Part shown: positions 54,014 through 64,000 of the stretch, piece after piece
Layout: every line of letters begins with the position of its first letter
Numbering within the stretch: position 1 is the stretch's first letter
DNA from: Nitrobacter sp.
Lineage (GTDB): Bacteria > Pseudomonadota > Alphaproteobacteria > Rhizobiales > Xanthobacteraceae
Direction: 5' to 3'
NCBI GenBank assembly: GCA_035546855.1
Contig: DASZVY010000034.1
Span: forward strand, 20,195-84,194
Length of the DNA: 64,000 bases
The notes under the pieces: generated by a model
Databases searched by the model: none
Told to the model about the DNA's origin: nothing
Seen by the model: the letters and a program-made list of their open reading frames with translations, nothing else
Position numbers and translations under genes: made by a program

Positions 54014-54549
54014 TGCGTCGGCCTCTCGTACTTCGCGTCGATCGTCGTGTAACCGCGAAGCGCGGCGATGCGTTTAATGACTTCCGAGACGCCTTGAAGC
54101 GCGAGCATGACGAAACCGGACGGGATGACGAATTTGATCGGCCAGCGGACCAGGCCGCCGGCGTTTCCGGACATCTCGCCGACAGCGTACGATTGCATGA
54201 AGAACGGCCACGAGAGGTAAGCCAGCAGCAGGCAGGCCGGGATCAGGAAAAACAGGGTGCCGATGAGGTCGAGCCAGAGCTGGCCGCGTTCGGACAGAAA
54301 CAGATAAAAGATTTCGACGCGGACGTGCTCGTTGCGCTTGAACGTGTAGGACGCTCCGAACATGACGAGGATCGCGAACATGTACCATTGCATTTCGAGC
54401 CAGCTATTCGAGCTGTAGTCGAATGCGTAGCGGATCATCGCGTTGCCGGCGCTGACCAGCACGGCAAGCAGCACAAGGATATTGCAGATATATCCGATCT
54501 TCTCGTTGAGCTGGTCGATGGCCGTGCTCAAGGCCAATAACGGACGCAT
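54010..54549 (-). CDS. TRAP transporter small permease subunit (DctQ-type)
   Basis: ORF 54010..54747. ATG at 54549 (MRPLLALSTAIDQLNEKIGY) gives 179 aa with 4 TM segments. Confidence 0.8.
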   Translation of the reverse strand: MRPLLALSTAIDQLNEKIGYICNILVLLAVLVSAGNAMIRYAFDYSSNSWLEMQWYMFAILVMFGASYTFKRNEHVRVEIFYLFLSERGQLWLDLIGTLFFLIPACLLLAYLSWPFFMQSYAVGEMSGNAGGLVRWPIKFVIPSGFVMLALQGVSEVIKRIAALRGYTTIDAKYERPTQ

Positions 54550-54805
54550 CACACTCCCCCCGAGGCACTGCCGGCGGCATGTGCCCGTGTCTTGCGATGA
54601 GGTACGCGGAGCGTCAGCCCCCACCGCGAAGGTATCCCCAATGGTGCTCGTGCTGCCTTGATTGCAAGCTCTTGCGGGCGCAGCGGCTTTTCCAGCCGGA
54701 CAGGCACGAAACCCGCGCACCATTTCAGCGCCGGGAGACGTCGTCAATGAGAAGTTTGTTGATATTGAACGGGAATATCGGGCGGGAGCTGATCGGCCGC
54801 TCCTG

Positions 54806-55795
54806 CTATCCGCCGGTCACGCTCATGTGGCGGCTGACGCTCGGCCGGTCGTGGCGGCGGTCGATGATGAAATCATGTCCCTTGGGTTTGAGACCGATGG
54901 CGCGGTCGATGGTCTGGGACAGCAGATCGTCGCTGTCGGATGCGCGAAGCGGTCGGCGAAGGTCGGTCGCATCTTCATGGCCAAGGCAGGTGTGCAACGT
55001 TCCAGTGCAGGTAATGCGAACCCGATTGCAGGCTTCGCAAAAATTGTGCGTCATCGGGGTGATGAAACCGAGCTTGCCGCCGGTCTCGCTAACCTTGACG
55101 TAGCGGGCAGGACCCCCGGTGGTCTCGTCGATATCCGTTAATGTGTAGGTCTTCGCCAGCCGGGCGCGCACCAGCGACAGCGGCACATATTGATCGATCC
55201 GGCCGGCGCCGATATCGCCCATCGGCATCACCTCGATCAGCGTCAGCGCCATGCCGTTGCCGTGAGCCCATTCCATCAAAGCGGGGATTTCATCCTCGTT
55301 GAGGTTTTTCAGGGCCACGGCATTGATTTTCACCGCAAGGCCCGCGGCCTTCGCGGCCTCGATGCCGGCCATGACCTTGGTGATGTCTCCCCAGCGCGTG
55401 ATTTCGCGGAACTTGTCGGGGTCGAGCGTGTCGAGCGATACGTTGATGCGCTTCACGCCACACGCGCGCAGCTCTTCCGCGAAACGCGCGAGTTGCGAGC
55501 CATTGGTTGTCAGAGTCAACTCGCTCAGCGCGCCGGTCTTGAGATGGCGCGAGAGCGAGCGGATCAACGACATCACGTTGCGGCGAACCAGTGGCTCGCC
55601 GCCGGTGAGCCGCAGCTTGCGGACGCCTTTCGTGATGAAGGCTGAACACAGCCGATCAAGTTCCTCCAGGGTCAGCAGATCGGCTTTCGGGAGAAACGTC
55701 ATGTCTTCGGACATGCAATAGAAGCAGCGCAGGTCGCAGCGATCGGTCACCGAAACCCGCAGATAGCTGATCGACCGGCCGAACGGGTCGATCAT
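54806..55795 (-). CDS. moaA: GTP 3',8-cyclase (molybdenum cofactor biosynthesis radical SAM enzyme)
   Basis: ORF 54806..55840. ATG at 55795 ([28 protein letters not shown], containing CxxxCxxC). C-terminal cluster [13 protein letters not shown]. Confidence 0.9.
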   Translation of the reverse strand: MIDPFGRSISYLRVSVTDRCDLRCFYCMSEDMTFLPKADLLTLEELDRLCSAFITKGVRKLRLTGGEPLVRRNVMSLIRSLSRHLKTGALSELTLTTNGSQLARFAEELRACGVKRINVSLDTLDPDKFREITRWGDITKVMAGIEAAKAAGLAVKINAVALKNLNEDEIPALMEWAHGNGMALTLIEVMPMGDIGAGRIDQYVPLSLVRARLAKTYTLTDIDETTGGPARYVKVSETGGKLGFITPMTHNFCEACNRVRITCTGTLHTCLGHEDATDLRRPLRASDSDDLLSQTIDRAIGLKPKGHDFIIDRRHDRPSVSRHMSVTGG

Positions 55796-55941
55796 TGGCT
55801 GTGATCGTGCGGAACTCAGGGGCGCGCTGACCATCCACAAAGCCTTTTGGCGGGCGGCAAAATGGCCGCCCGTGTACCCATAATGTAGGTATCTTGCCGT
55901 GCCGACACAATCGGAGTCGCCTCATCCGGTCCGGCAGCGGG

Positions 55942-56445
55942 TCACCGCGCGGGTGTTGCCGGCGCCGCAGCCGGGAAGGGAGATTGCGCAGCCGGTGCCG
56001 CCGCTGCCGGGGCGGCCGTTGCCGCCGGCTGGGCAGCCGCAGGCGCAGCCGTTGCTTTCGGCCGCCTCGCGTGGCGGCGGACCGGCTTCCTGACCCGCTT
56101 GGGTGGCGCCTCCGGCTGCAACTGGCCGACGACCGGATTGGGATCAATCGTGGTCTTGCCCTGCGTGAACAAGCTCCCGGCTTGATGGGTAACCTGGACC
56201 GGCACCGTCAACGGCTGATACTTCGCCAAGGTGTATGACACGGTGAAATTATCGGTCGCCGCCACCGTCACCGAGCACGGTGTTTTGCAGGACTGTCCCT
56301 GCGATGTGGTAGCGTCGGCGCCTGGCGGGGTCGATTCCAATTGAACCGTCACGGGTGGCGGTTCCGACCTGAAGGCATCCGTTGAAAAAGAAGAACAGCC
56401 AGCCAGACTCACGCCAGCCAGCGCAATCGCGATCATACGACGCAT
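55942..56445 (-). CDS. Lipoprotein with PEGA-like domain and basic Ala/Pro-rich tail
   Basis: ORF 55942..56472. ATG at 56445 (MRRMIAIALAGVSLAGCSS, with lipobox LAGC). TPPGADA motif. The tail is PKRVRKPVRRHARRPKATAAPAAAQPAATAAP. Confidence 0.7.
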   Translation of the reverse strand: MRRMIAIALAGVSLAGCSSFSTDAFRSEPPPVTVQLESTPPGADATTSQGQSCKTPCSVTVAATDNFTVSYTLAKYQPLTVPVQVTHQAGSLFTQGKTTIDPNPVVGQLQPEAPPKRVRKPVRRHARRPKATAAPAAAQPAATAAPAAAAPAAQSPFPAAAPATPAR

Positions 56446-56585
56446 GGTCCCACCCGTATATCGTTGCGGCAATCAGCCACATCCCCGAGGCGACCATAGA
56501 GGGACGGGCAGACCCGCGCAATGGGAGCGGAGGCATCGTCAACGGTAGGGCCGATGGCTGAAAATCAGATTTTTATATAATAATA

Positions 56586-57275
56586 TCAAATATTTATTTT
56601 GAGTTTCTTGAGTATTTCCGTCGCGGCGTCGGGAAGGTCTTTCATGTGGTCGATCACGCGGTCCGGCTTGAGTTCGACGATCGGGACCTCCGTATATCCG
56701 AAGGTCACACCGATCACCGGAGTACCGGCACGACGGGCGACCCCGACATCGGTCCCGGCATCGCCGACCATGACGGCCGCCGAAAGATCGCCCCCGGCGC
56801 GGGCGACGGTCTGCTGGAGGATGGCCGGGTCCGGCTTTGAGACGCCGAACGTGTCGGCGCCGCAGATCGCGGCAAAGCGGCTGCTGAGCCCGAGTTGATC
56901 GAGCAGGCGCTGCGACAGCCACTCCAGCTTGTTCGTGCAGACCGCCAGGCGGCAGCCCCGCGCGGACAGGTCGTCGAGCGCATCGGTCAGTCCTTCGAAG
57001 GGCTGCGAGCCGTCGGCGATGTGGTCGGCATAGTATTGGATGAAATCGTCGGTCATTCGCGCGATATCGTCGGGCGTTGCCGGGCGGTCCTCCGCTTCCA
57101 GGCCCCGCTCGATCATGCGGCGGGCACCCGCTCCGATCATGTTTCGCGCCGATTGCGGCGGGATCGGAGGGAGCCCCTCGCGTTCCAGGACATAATTCAG
57201 GGCGGCGATGAGGTCCGGGGCGGTATCGATCAGGGTGCCGTCGAGATCGAAAACAATTGTCGGGGAGGCTGCCAT
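56586..57275 (-). CDS. gph: Phosphoglycolate phosphatase (HAD superfamily)
   Basis: ORF 56586..57326. ATG at 57275 ([22 protein letters not shown], containing DxDGT). Also VCTNK and GDAGTD motifs. Confidence 0.8.
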   Translation of the reverse strand: MAASPTIVFDLDGTLIDTAPDLIAALNYVLEREGLPPIPPQSARNMIGAGARRMIERGLEAEDRPATPDDIARMTDDFIQYYADHIADGSQPFEGLTDALDDLSARGCRLAVCTNKLEWLSQRLLDQLGLSSRFAAICGADTFGVSKPDPAILQQTVARAGGDLSAAVMVGDAGTDVGVARRAGTPVIGVTFGYTEVPIVELKPDRVIDHMKDLPDAATEILKKLKINI

Positions 57276-57427
57276 GGGGGATCGGTACTGTTCCGCGTTT
57301 CCCAAGACAAGGGGAAATCCGCGCACGGCCGGATCCCGGAGGGGCTCGGATGGCTCGTCATAACGCTGTTCCTCAAAGGCAAAGAACGCTAGAGAAGCCC
57401 CGCCCGTATTCGCGGAAGGGTCGGAAT

Positions 57428-58126
57428 GTGACGCTCGATGGATTGAAAAGGCAGGCCGCGGCTCGTGCTCTTGACCATGTCCGTGACGGCATGAAACTCG
57501 GTCTTGGGACGGGGTCGACGGCCAGGCATTTCGTCGAACTGCTCGGCGAGCGCGTTCGCGCCGGATTGAAGGTCATCGGCGTGCCGACGTCGGAAACCAC
57601 CCGCGCCGACGCCGAGCGATGGGGTATCCCGCTCACCACTCTGGACGAGATCGACCGGCTGGACCTTACGGTCGATGGCGCCGACGAAGTCGACCGCGAA
57701 CTCAATCTGATCAAGGGTGGCGGGGGCGCGCTTCTCCGTGAAAAAATTGTCGCCGCAGCGTCGGATCGCATGATCGTGATCGCGGATGACACCAAATGGG
57801 TCGGCAGGCTTGGCCGCTTTCCATTGCCGATCGAGGTCATTCCGTTCGGTCTGGCCGCGACCCGCCGAGCGATCGAGGGGACATTTGCGAAGTGCTCTGT
57901 TTCCGGGCAAATGGACGTCCGCAAGAGACCGGACGGCCATGCTTTTGTCACCGATGGTGGCCACTGGATTGTCGACGCCCGGCTCGGAGAGATCCCTGAT
58001 GCACCTCGTCTGGCCGCGTTGTTGAATCCGATCCCGGGCGTCGTGGAGCATGGGCTATTTATCGGACTCGCGAATACGGTGGTGTTGGCGGGCTCCCAGG
58101 GAATTCGTGTTGTCGAACGGCCATAG
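57428..58126 (+). CDS. rpiA: Ribose-5-phosphate isomerase A
   Basis: ORF 57257..58126. An in-frame GTG at 57428 ([17 protein letters not shown]) gives 232 aa. Motifs [15 protein letters not shown] and [12 protein letters not shown]. Confidence 0.85.
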   Translation: MTLDGLKRQAAARALDHVRDGMKLGLGTGSTARHFVELLGERVRAGLKVIGVPTSETTRADAERWGIPLTTLDEIDRLDLTVDGADEVDRELNLIKGGGGALLREKIVAAASDRMIVIADDTKWVGRLGRFPLPIEVIPFGLAATRRAIEGTFAKCSVSGQMDVRKRPDGHAFVTDGGHWIVDARLGEIPDAPRLAALLNPIPGVVEHGLFIGLANTVVLAGSQGIRVVERP

Positions 58127-58148
58127 CGCCGGATTGAGGAGAATCGGA

Positions 58149-58664
58149 ATGAAGGGTCTTTTGCGGATTTCGCTGGCGGTGTGCTTGATGCTTGGGGGTG
58201 CTCTCGTCGGCACGTCGGTTCAGGCTCAGACCACCAATCCGAACCCGTCGCCGGCCGCGATCGCGGCCGCGAAAGAATTGCTGACGCTGAAAAACGCGTC
58301 AGCGATGTATGCGAACGCCGTTCCGGGAATGGTGGAGCGGACCAAGACCACGCTGCTGCAGAGCAATCTCAACTATCAGAAGGACCTGAACGAGGTCGCG
58401 ATCATCGTGGCGAAGGAATTCGCGGGTCGCGAGAAAGAGATCGGCGAGGGCATGGCGAAGATTTACGCCAGTCATTTTACCGAGCAGGAGCTGAAAGACC
58501 TAGTGACCTTCTACAAATCTCCGCTTGGGCAGAAGCTGCTCAAGGAGGAGCCGGTGGCAATCCGGGAGAGCGTCGGCTTCATGGATCAATGGGCCCATCA
58601 GTTCGCGGAAACCGTCAACGGCGCATTCCGGGCCGAGATGCGCAAGCGCGGCAAGGAAATCTAG
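58149..58664 (+). CDS. DUF2059-family periplasmic protein
   Basis: ORF 58050..58664. ATG at 58149 with signal peptide MKGLLRISLAVCLMLGGALVGTSVQA. FTEQELKDLVTFYKSPLGQKLL is the DUF2059 hallmark. Confidence 0.75.
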   Translation: MKGLLRISLAVCLMLGGALVGTSVQAQTTNPNPSPAAIAAAKELLTLKNASAMYANAVPGMVERTKTTLLQSNLNYQKDLNEVAIIVAKEFAGREKEIGEGMAKIYASHFTEQELKDLVTFYKSPLGQKLLKEEPVAIRESVGFMDQWAHQFAETVNGAFRAEMRKRGKEI

Positions 58665-58693
58665 AAGAAATCTGATTTCGATCGGAACGGGCC

Positions 58694-60079
58694 ATGGCTG
58701 ATTTCGACGTCGATCTTTTCGTAATTGGTGGCGGTTCGGGCGGCGTTCGCGCCGCCCGAATTGCTGCGGGATACGGCGCGAGCGTGATGGTCGCCGAGGA
58801 ATACCGGATGGGCGGCACCTGCGTGATCCGCGGTTGCGTCCCCAAGAAGCTCCTCGTCTATGCATCGCATATCCGGCACGAGGTTGAAGACGCCGCGGGG
58901 TTCGGCTGGACGATTCCGTCAGCCATCTTCGGCTGGCCCACTCTGATCGCGAACAAGGACAAGGAAATCGCCCGACTCGAGGCGGCCTATACCGCCAACG
59001 TCGAAAAGGCGGGAGCGCGCATCGTCAAGACGCGGGCCGTGTTTGAAGACCCGCACACGATTCGCCTCGCCACGGGCGAAGCCGTCCGGGCGAAATACGT
59101 GCTGATCGCGACGGGCGGCGCGCCCAATCACGGGCGGCCGATTCCGGGCATCGAGCACGTCATTTCCTCCAACGAGGTATTCCATCTGCGTGAACTGCCG
59201 AAACGCATCCTGATCCAGGGTGGCGGGTATATCGCGCTGGAGTTCGCATGCATCTTTGCCGGTCTCGGCAGCGACGTGACACTGGTGTACCGCGGCGAAA
59301 ACATCCTGCGGGGATTCGATGACGATGTTCGCTCTCACGTTCGGGTCGAGATGGAAAAGGACGGCGTCACCATTCTGACGGGATGCACGGTCGACAAGAT
59401 CGAGAAGCACGGCGGCGAATATACGTCGCGCCTGTCCAACGGTTCGAGCGTTGCGTCGGATCAGGTGCTGTTCGCGATCGGCCGGCACCCGAACGTCGCC
59501 AATCTCGGCCTCGAAAAAGCGGGTGTCGCCATCAACCCGAAGAATGGCGGCATCGCCGTCGATGGTTTCTCGCGGACCAACGTGCCGAACATCTATGCGA
59601 TCGGCGACGTCACGCATCGTTTCAACCTGACGCCGGTTGCGATCCGGGAAGGCCATGCTTTTGCCGACACGGTTTTCGGCGGCAAGTCCGTGCGGGTGGA
59701 CCATGCCGACATTCCGACGGCCGTGTTTTCGCAGCCTGAGGTCGGGACGGTCGGTCTGACCGAGGCCCAGGCGCGGGCGCAGTTTGCCGCCGTCGATATC
59801 TACAAGGCGACGTTCCGGCCGATGAAGGCGACGCTGTCGGGTCGTGACACCCGTATCCTCATGAAGCTTGTGGTCGATGCCACGACGGATCGCGTGGTGG
59901 GATGTCATATCGTCGGCGACGGGGCAGCCGAGATGACTCAGGTCCTCGGGATCGCGGTCAAGATGAAGGCGACGAAGGCAGACTTCGACGCGACGATCGC
60001 GCTACATCCGACCGCCGCCGAAGAACTCGTCACCATGCGGACGCCGACGGCGCGCTATGTGCGCGAGGCCGCGGAATAG
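58694..60079 (+). CDS. gor: Glutathione-disulfide reductase
   Basis: DLFVIGGGSGGVRAAR (FAD motif), redox-active GGTCVIRGCVPKK and C-terminal HPTAAEE. 461 aa. Confidence 0.9.
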   Translation: MADFDVDLFVIGGGSGGVRAARIAAGYGASVMVAEEYRMGGTCVIRGCVPKKLLVYASHIRHEVEDAAGFGWTIPSAIFGWPTLIANKDKEIARLEAAYTANVEKAGARIVKTRAVFEDPHTIRLATGEAVRAKYVLIATGGAPNHGRPIPGIEHVISSNEVFHLRELPKRILIQGGGYIALEFACIFAGLGSDVTLVYRGENILRGFDDDVRSHVRVEMEKDGVTILTGCTVDKIEKHGGEYTSRLSNGSSVASDQVLFAIGRHPNVANLGLEKAGVAINPKNGGIAVDGFSRTNVPNIYAIGDVTHRFNLTPVAIREGHAFADTVFGGKSVRVDHADIPTAVFSQPEVGTVGLTEAQARAQFAAVDIYKATFRPMKATLSGRDTRILMKLVVDATTDRVVGCHIVGDGAAEMTQVLGIAVKMKATKADFDATIALHPTAAEELVTMRTPTARYVREAAE

Positions 60080-60082
60080 CCG

Positions 60083-61063
60083 CTACAGGCCGCCTTCCAG
60101 CCATTCGGCTGCGCCTCTCCACAGGGTGTCGCGAAACGCCGGAAGGAAGAATCCGAAATGGCCGATCTTTGCCGCTCCCACGTCTGACGGGGCGACAACG
60201 ACGATGTCGGGCCTGATCGACGTAAACCCTGCGCACAGAAGTTCGACCGCCGCCGGGGTCGCCCAGGGATCGTCGGACATGCAGAGGGCACGGAGCGCCC
60301 CCTGATATTTCGGAAAATTTTTCAGCGACGCGAGTGTCTTGTCGTCGAACATGTAGCGGTCGCTCATGATCCACCGCGCCCATTGCAGGAAAACGTCCTT
60401 CGGTAGATCGAGGCCGGCGCCCAGCCGCCCCGGTGCATAACCCATCAGGAGAGTTAGCGGCACGCCGGCGAACCTGAGGAGGGCGTAGATGCGATAACGC
60501 TCGGGCGAGGTCATGAGCTTCCATGTCCCGGCCTGCGCGGCCACGAACAGGGCGCGCGAGACCTCCTGGTTGTTGGGCAATAACCCCAGCGCCTGGCCTC
60601 CGAACGAATGTCCGACATAGCCGAGCGGCATGTCGTGGTAACGCTCGCGCATCCAGTTGACGGCGGCCGTGACGTCGAGCGCCGCCCAGTCCGACATCGA
60701 CGCCTTGAATCCAACCAGCGATTTCGGCTGATTGCGGTCGATCGGGGATGTCTGCCGGGAGGCGCCGATGCCCCGGTAGTCGTAAGTCATGACAGCGTTG
60801 CCGCGCTTCGCGAGGTAGCTGGCGAATCTCTTGTAGATTTTCCTTGGGACGGCGGTGGCCGAATTGATCAGGACCGCGCCCCGTTTGGGCCCGCGGGGCA
60901 GGAAGAGCGTTCCTCCGAGGGGATATCCGTCGACGGCCTCGAAGGTGATGTCGTCGGAGAAAACGTCGTCTGGTATCACCTCTGTCACGCCGCCGCCCCG
61001 GACTGTGTGCCGACCCAGCAAAGGCGAATTCGGCTTTCGCCGCAAGACTTTGCAAGGGCGCAA
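60083..61063 (-). CDS. Alpha/beta-fold hydrolase
   Basis: Nucleophile elbow GHSFGG, preceded by [10 protein letters not shown]. The start is uncertain because the N-terminal ~25 residues are atypical. Confidence 0.7.
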   Translation of the reverse strand: MRPCKVLRRKPNSPLLGRHTVRGGGVTEVIPDDVFSDDITFEAVDGYPLGGTLFLPRGPKRGAVLINSATAVPRKIYKRFASYLAKRGNAVMTYDYRGIGASRQTSPIDRNQPKSLVGFKASMSDWAALDVTAAVNWMRERYHDMPLGYVGHSFGGQALGLLPNNQEVSRALFVAAQAGTWKLMTSPERYRIYALLRFAGVPLTLLMGYAPGRLGAGLDLPKDVFLQWARWIMSDRYMFDDKTLASLKNFPKYQGALRALCMSDDPWATPAAVELLCAGFTSIRPDIVVVAPSDVGAAKIGHFGFFLPAFRDTLWRGAAEWLEGGL

Positions 61064-61152
61064 TCATTTCCAACTGGCGAACGGTACCGGGCCTGTGTAT
61101 AAACCGGCCCTTCGCTGCTGCGGAAAGCGGCGGTTTTCTCAGGAGTGAGGTC

Positions 61153-62541
61153 ATGTCCGAGCGGTGGACACCCGATAGCTGGCGCAACAAGCCTGTTCAG
61201 CAGATTCCGGTTTATCCGGATGCGAAGATTTTGGGCGACGTGGAAGCCCAACTCACCACGTTTCCGCCGCTGGTTTTTGCGGGTGAGGCGCGCAATCTGA
61301 AAAAGTCCCTGGCCCGAGTCGCAAAGGGCGAGGCGTTCCTGCTGCAGGGAGGCGATTGCGCCGAGAGTTTCGCCGAGCACGGCGCGAACAACATCCGCGA
61401 CTTCTTCCGTGTCCTGCTGCAGATGGCGGTGGTGCTGACCTATGCCGGCGCGCTGCCGGTCGTGAAGGTCGGTCGCATCGCGGGCCAGTTCGCCAAGCCG
61501 CGCTCGTCGCCGGTCGAGAAGGCGAACGGCGTCGAACTGCCGAGCTACCGCGGCGACATCGTCAATGACATCGCGTTCACCGCGGAGTCCCGCACGCCGG
61601 ACCCGCAGCGTCAACTCATGGCCTACCGTCAGTCGGCCGCGACGCTGAATCTGCTGCGCGCGTTCGCGACCGGCGGCTTCGCCAATCTGGGCAGCGTGCA
61701 TCAATGGATGCTGGGGTTCCTGAAAGATTCTCCGCAGTCGCGGCGCTACAAGGAACTGGCCGACCGCATCTCGGATGCGCTCAATTTCATGCGGGCGTGC
61801 GGTCTCGATCTGGAGAGCCACCCCGAGCTGCGGGCGACCGAGTTCTACACCAGCCACGAAGCGCTGCTGCTCGGCTATGAACAGGCCCTCACGCGCGTCG
61901 ATTCCACGACGGGCGACTGGTATGCGACGTCGGGCCATTTCATCTGGATCGGCGATCGCACCCGTCAACTTGATCATGGCCACGTGGAATATTTCCGCGG
62001 CATCAAGAATCCGATCGGGCTGAAGTGCGGGCCTTCGCTGAAGCCCGACGAGTTGCTGAAGCTGATCGATGTTCTCAATCCCGATAACGAGCCTGGCCGG
62101 CTGACGCTGATCAATCGGTTCGGAGCGGACAAGGTGGCGGAGCATCTGCCGCAGTTGATCCGCGCGGTCCAGCGCGAAGGACGGATGGTGGTGTGGTCGT
62201 GCGATCCGATGCACGGCAATACCATCGCTTCATCCAGCGGCTACAAGACCAGGCCGTTCGACAGGATTCTGTCGGAGGTGAAGTCCTTCTTCGCCATCCA
62301 CGCGGCGGAGGGCACTCATGCCGGCGGCGTCCATCTGGAAATGACCGGACAGAACGTCACCGAGTGCATCGGCGGCGCGCGTGCGATCCGCGATGAAGAT
62401 CTCAACGACCGCTATCACACGGTCTGCGATCCGCGCCTGAACGCCGAACAGTCGATCGACATGGCGTTCCTGATCGCCGAACTCCTGAAGCAGGATCGGT
62501 CAGGAAAGGTCGAGCCGGTCCCCGCTGTCGCCGGCTTCTGA
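61153..62541 (+). CDS. 3-deoxy-7-phosphoheptulonate (DAHP) synthase, class II
   Basis: 462 aa. [14 protein letters not shown] ... [11 protein letters not shown] ... [12 protein letters not shown] is the class II DAHPS signature. Confidence 0.9.
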   Translation: MSERWTPDSWRNKPVQQIPVYPDAKILGDVEAQLTTFPPLVFAGEARNLKKSLARVAKGEAFLLQGGDCAESFAEHGANNIRDFFRVLLQMAVVLTYAGALPVVKVGRIAGQFAKPRSSPVEKANGVELPSYRGDIVNDIAFTAESRTPDPQRQLMAYRQSAATLNLLRAFATGGFANLGSVHQWMLGFLKDSPQSRRYKELADRISDALNFMRACGLDLESHPELRATEFYTSHEALLLGYEQALTRVDSTTGDWYATSGHFIWIGDRTRQLDHGHVEYFRGIKNPIGLKCGPSLKPDELLKLIDVLNPDNEPGRLTLINRFGADKVAEHLPQLIRAVQREGRMVVWSCDPMHGNTIASSSGYKTRPFDRILSEVKSFFAIHAAEGTHAGGVHLEMTGQNVTECIGGARAIRDEDLNDRYHTVCDPRLNAEQSIDMAFLIAELLKQDRSGKVEPVPAVAGF

Positions 62542-62543
62542 GG

Positions 62544-62897
62544 GTGTGGCGTTTCTGGCGCGCCACGCTCAATAGCTGGAACGGGCTGAAGGCGGCGATC
62601 CGTTCCGAACAGGCCATCCGGGAAGAGGCGGTGGCGTTTGCGTTGTCCCTGCCGGCATCATGGCTGGTCGGGACAACGGCGGCGCGGCGCGTCGAACTGG
62701 TCGCCGTCATCCTCCTGCTGATTGCCGTTGAGCTGCTGAACACCGCCGTCGAGAAACTCGCGGACCGGGTCACCACCGATCACGATCGTCAGATCGGGTA
62801 CGTGAAAGACGTGGGGTCGGCCGCGGTGGGCGTGACGTTGCTGATCGCCGTCCTGGTCTGGGGTTTTGCGCTCGCCGAACGCATCGGGCTTCTCTAG
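62544..62897 (+). CDS. dgkA: Diacylglycerol kinase (prokaryotic membrane type)
   Basis: GTG start. 117 aa, 3 TM segments. EQAIREE and ELLNTAVEKLADRV motifs. Confidence 0.85.
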   Translation: MWRFWRATLNSWNGLKAAIRSEQAIREEAVAFALSLPASWLVGTTAARRVELVAVILLLIAVELLNTAVEKLADRVTTDHDRQIGYVKDVGSAAVGVTLLIAVLVWGFALAERIGLL

Positions 62898-62938
62898 CGG
62901 CAATTGCGAAAGACAGAGCTTGCAGGCAACATAGGTCC

Positions 62939-64000
62939 ATGAGCGAGACCACGATTTTCAAAATCACGCTGGCCCAACTGGACCCGACGGTCGGTGACGT
63001 GGCCGGCAACGCGGCGAAGGCGCGGGCCGCCCGCGCGCGCGCCAGGGCCGACGGCGCGGCGCTCGTCGTCCTGCCGGAGCTGTTCATCGCCGGCTATCCG
63101 CCCGAGGATCTGGTCCTGAAGCCGGCCTTTCAGGCGGCGTGCCGCTCGGCGATCGAAGATCTCGCCCGCGAGACGGCGGATGGCGGCCCGGCGATGCTGA
63201 TCGGCACCCCCTGGGTCGACAGGGGCCGGCTTTACAACGCCTGCGCGCTGCTCGACGGCGGGCGCATCGCGGCGATCCGGTTCAAGGTCAATCTGCCGAA
63301 CTACGGCGTGTTCGACGAGAAACGGGTGTTCGAGCGCGGGCCGGTGTCCGGGCCGATGACGATCCGTGGTGTGCGGATCGGCGTTCCGATCTGCGAGGAC
63401 ACCTGGCTTGAGGAGTCCGAGGACTACGAGAACGTCGTCGAATGTCTCGCTGAGACCGGCGCCGAAATTCTCGTCGTGCCGAACGGCTCGCCCTATGCGC
63501 GGGACAAGAACGACATCCGGCTGTCGGTCTCCGTGGCCCGCGTCACCGAAAGCGGCCTGCCGCTGGTTTATCTCAATCAGGTCGGCGGGCAGGACGAACT
63601 GGTTTTTGACGGCGCCTCGTTCGCGCTCAATGCCGACCGCACGCTGGCTGCGCAACTTCCGGCTTTCGAAGAAAGCATCGTCACGCTGACGTGGACCAGG
63701 GATCCGGCCGGCTGGCGATGCGCCGGGCCGATCGCGTCGCTTCCTGAGGGCGACAGGGGCGATTATGCCGCCTGCGTGCTGGGGCTGCGCGACTATGTCC
63801 GCAAGAATGGATTTCCGGGCGTGCTGCTGGGGATTTCCGGCGGCATCGACTCCGCGTTGTGTGCGGCCATCGCCGTCGATGCGCTCGGCGCCGAGCGTGT
63901 GCGTGGCGTCATGCTGCCGTTCCGCTACACCGCGCAGGTTTCGCTGGATGATGCGGGCGATCTCGCGAAGCGTCTCGGTGTCCGCTACGAAGTGCTGCCG
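62939..64000 (+). CDS. nadE: Glutamine-dependent NAD+ synthetase, N-terminal nitrilase domain and start of the PP-loop domain (runs off the right edge)
   Basis: Not in the ORF track because there is no stop in the window. My translation from the ATG at 62939 gives MSETTIFKITLAQLDPTVGDVAGN ... LPELFIAGYP ... VPICEDTW ... GISGGIDSAL, open to position 64000. Confidence 0.85.
   Translation, partial: MSETTIFKITLAQLDPTVGDVAGNAAKARAARARARADGAALVVLPELFIAGYPPEDLVLKPAFQAACRSAIEDLARETADGGPAMLIGTPWVDRGRLYNACALLDGGRIAAIRFKVNLPNYGVFDEKRVFERGPVSGPMTIRGVRIGVPICEDTWLEESEDYENVVECLAETGAEILVVPNGSPYARDKNDIRLSVSVARVTESGLPLVYLNQVGGQDELVFDGASFALNADRTLAAQLPAFEESIVTLTWTRDPAGWRCAGPIASLPEGDRGDYAACVLGLRDYVRKNGFPGVLLGISGGIDSALCAAIAVDALGAERVRGVMLPFRYTAQVSLDDAGDLAKRLGVRYEVLP

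Noticed and set aside
55796-55941. Possible Moco riboswitch in the moaA leader.
   Set aside because: Reading the minus strand, I found only a GC hairpin (GGGCGGC-cattttGCCGCCC). It more probably terminates the upstream lipoprotein gene. I could not recognise the conserved Moco-motif core. A covariance-model search would be the decisive test.

Overview
This is a GC-rich, densely coding chromosomal segment. Gene content and codon usage suggest a Bradyrhizobiaceae-like alphaproteobacterium, which is inference only. I recognised no rRNA, tRNA, CRISPR array, transposase or integrase in any frame. The window falls into four blocks. (1) 1-17.9 kb: a Liv-type ABC transporter with an embedded acyl-CoA ligase, followed by a multi-operon acyl-CoA catabolic cluster. 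The cluster holds a biotin carboxylase pair, three acyl-CoA dehydrogenases, two more CoA ligases, a crotonase, an SDR, a transglutaminase-like protein and a TetR regulator. Its promoter regions share a 16-bp palindrome, TCTAACA-N2-TGTTAGA. (2) 18-22.4 kb: a fumarylacetoacetase-family gene and a 1034-aa protein that fuses an endonuclease-Q-like PHP nuclease with Zn ribbon to a complete UvrD-type SF1 helicase. (3) 22.4-42.1 kb: an accessory-looking block. It starts with vapBC. Next comes one co-directional array of CUT1 ABC importer, GntR/UTRA regulator, signal-peptide-less Cys-type sulfatase and formylglycine-generating enzyme. Then comes a hydantoin/cyclic-amide utilisation module with two cyclic amidohydrolases, an M20 carbamoylase, a single-cysteine arylmalonate-decarboxylase-like protein, an MFS transporter, a cyclase and an amidase. 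The block ends with regulator gene remnants and a gene-poor stretch abutting dusA. (4) 42.2-64 kb: housekeeping genes (dusA, a histidine kinase, apbC/mrp, a TRAP transporter with two tandem binding-protein paralogs, moaA, gph, rpiA, gor, class II DAHP synthase, dgkA, nadE). The intergenic regions here hold several unusually long hairpins, including a tandem pair of 76-nt palindromic elements. The most interesting items are the EndoQ-UvrD fusion, the palindrome-defined regulon, the cytoplasmic sulfatase/importer array, the single-Cys AMDase-like enzyme and the twin 76-nt hairpin repeats.
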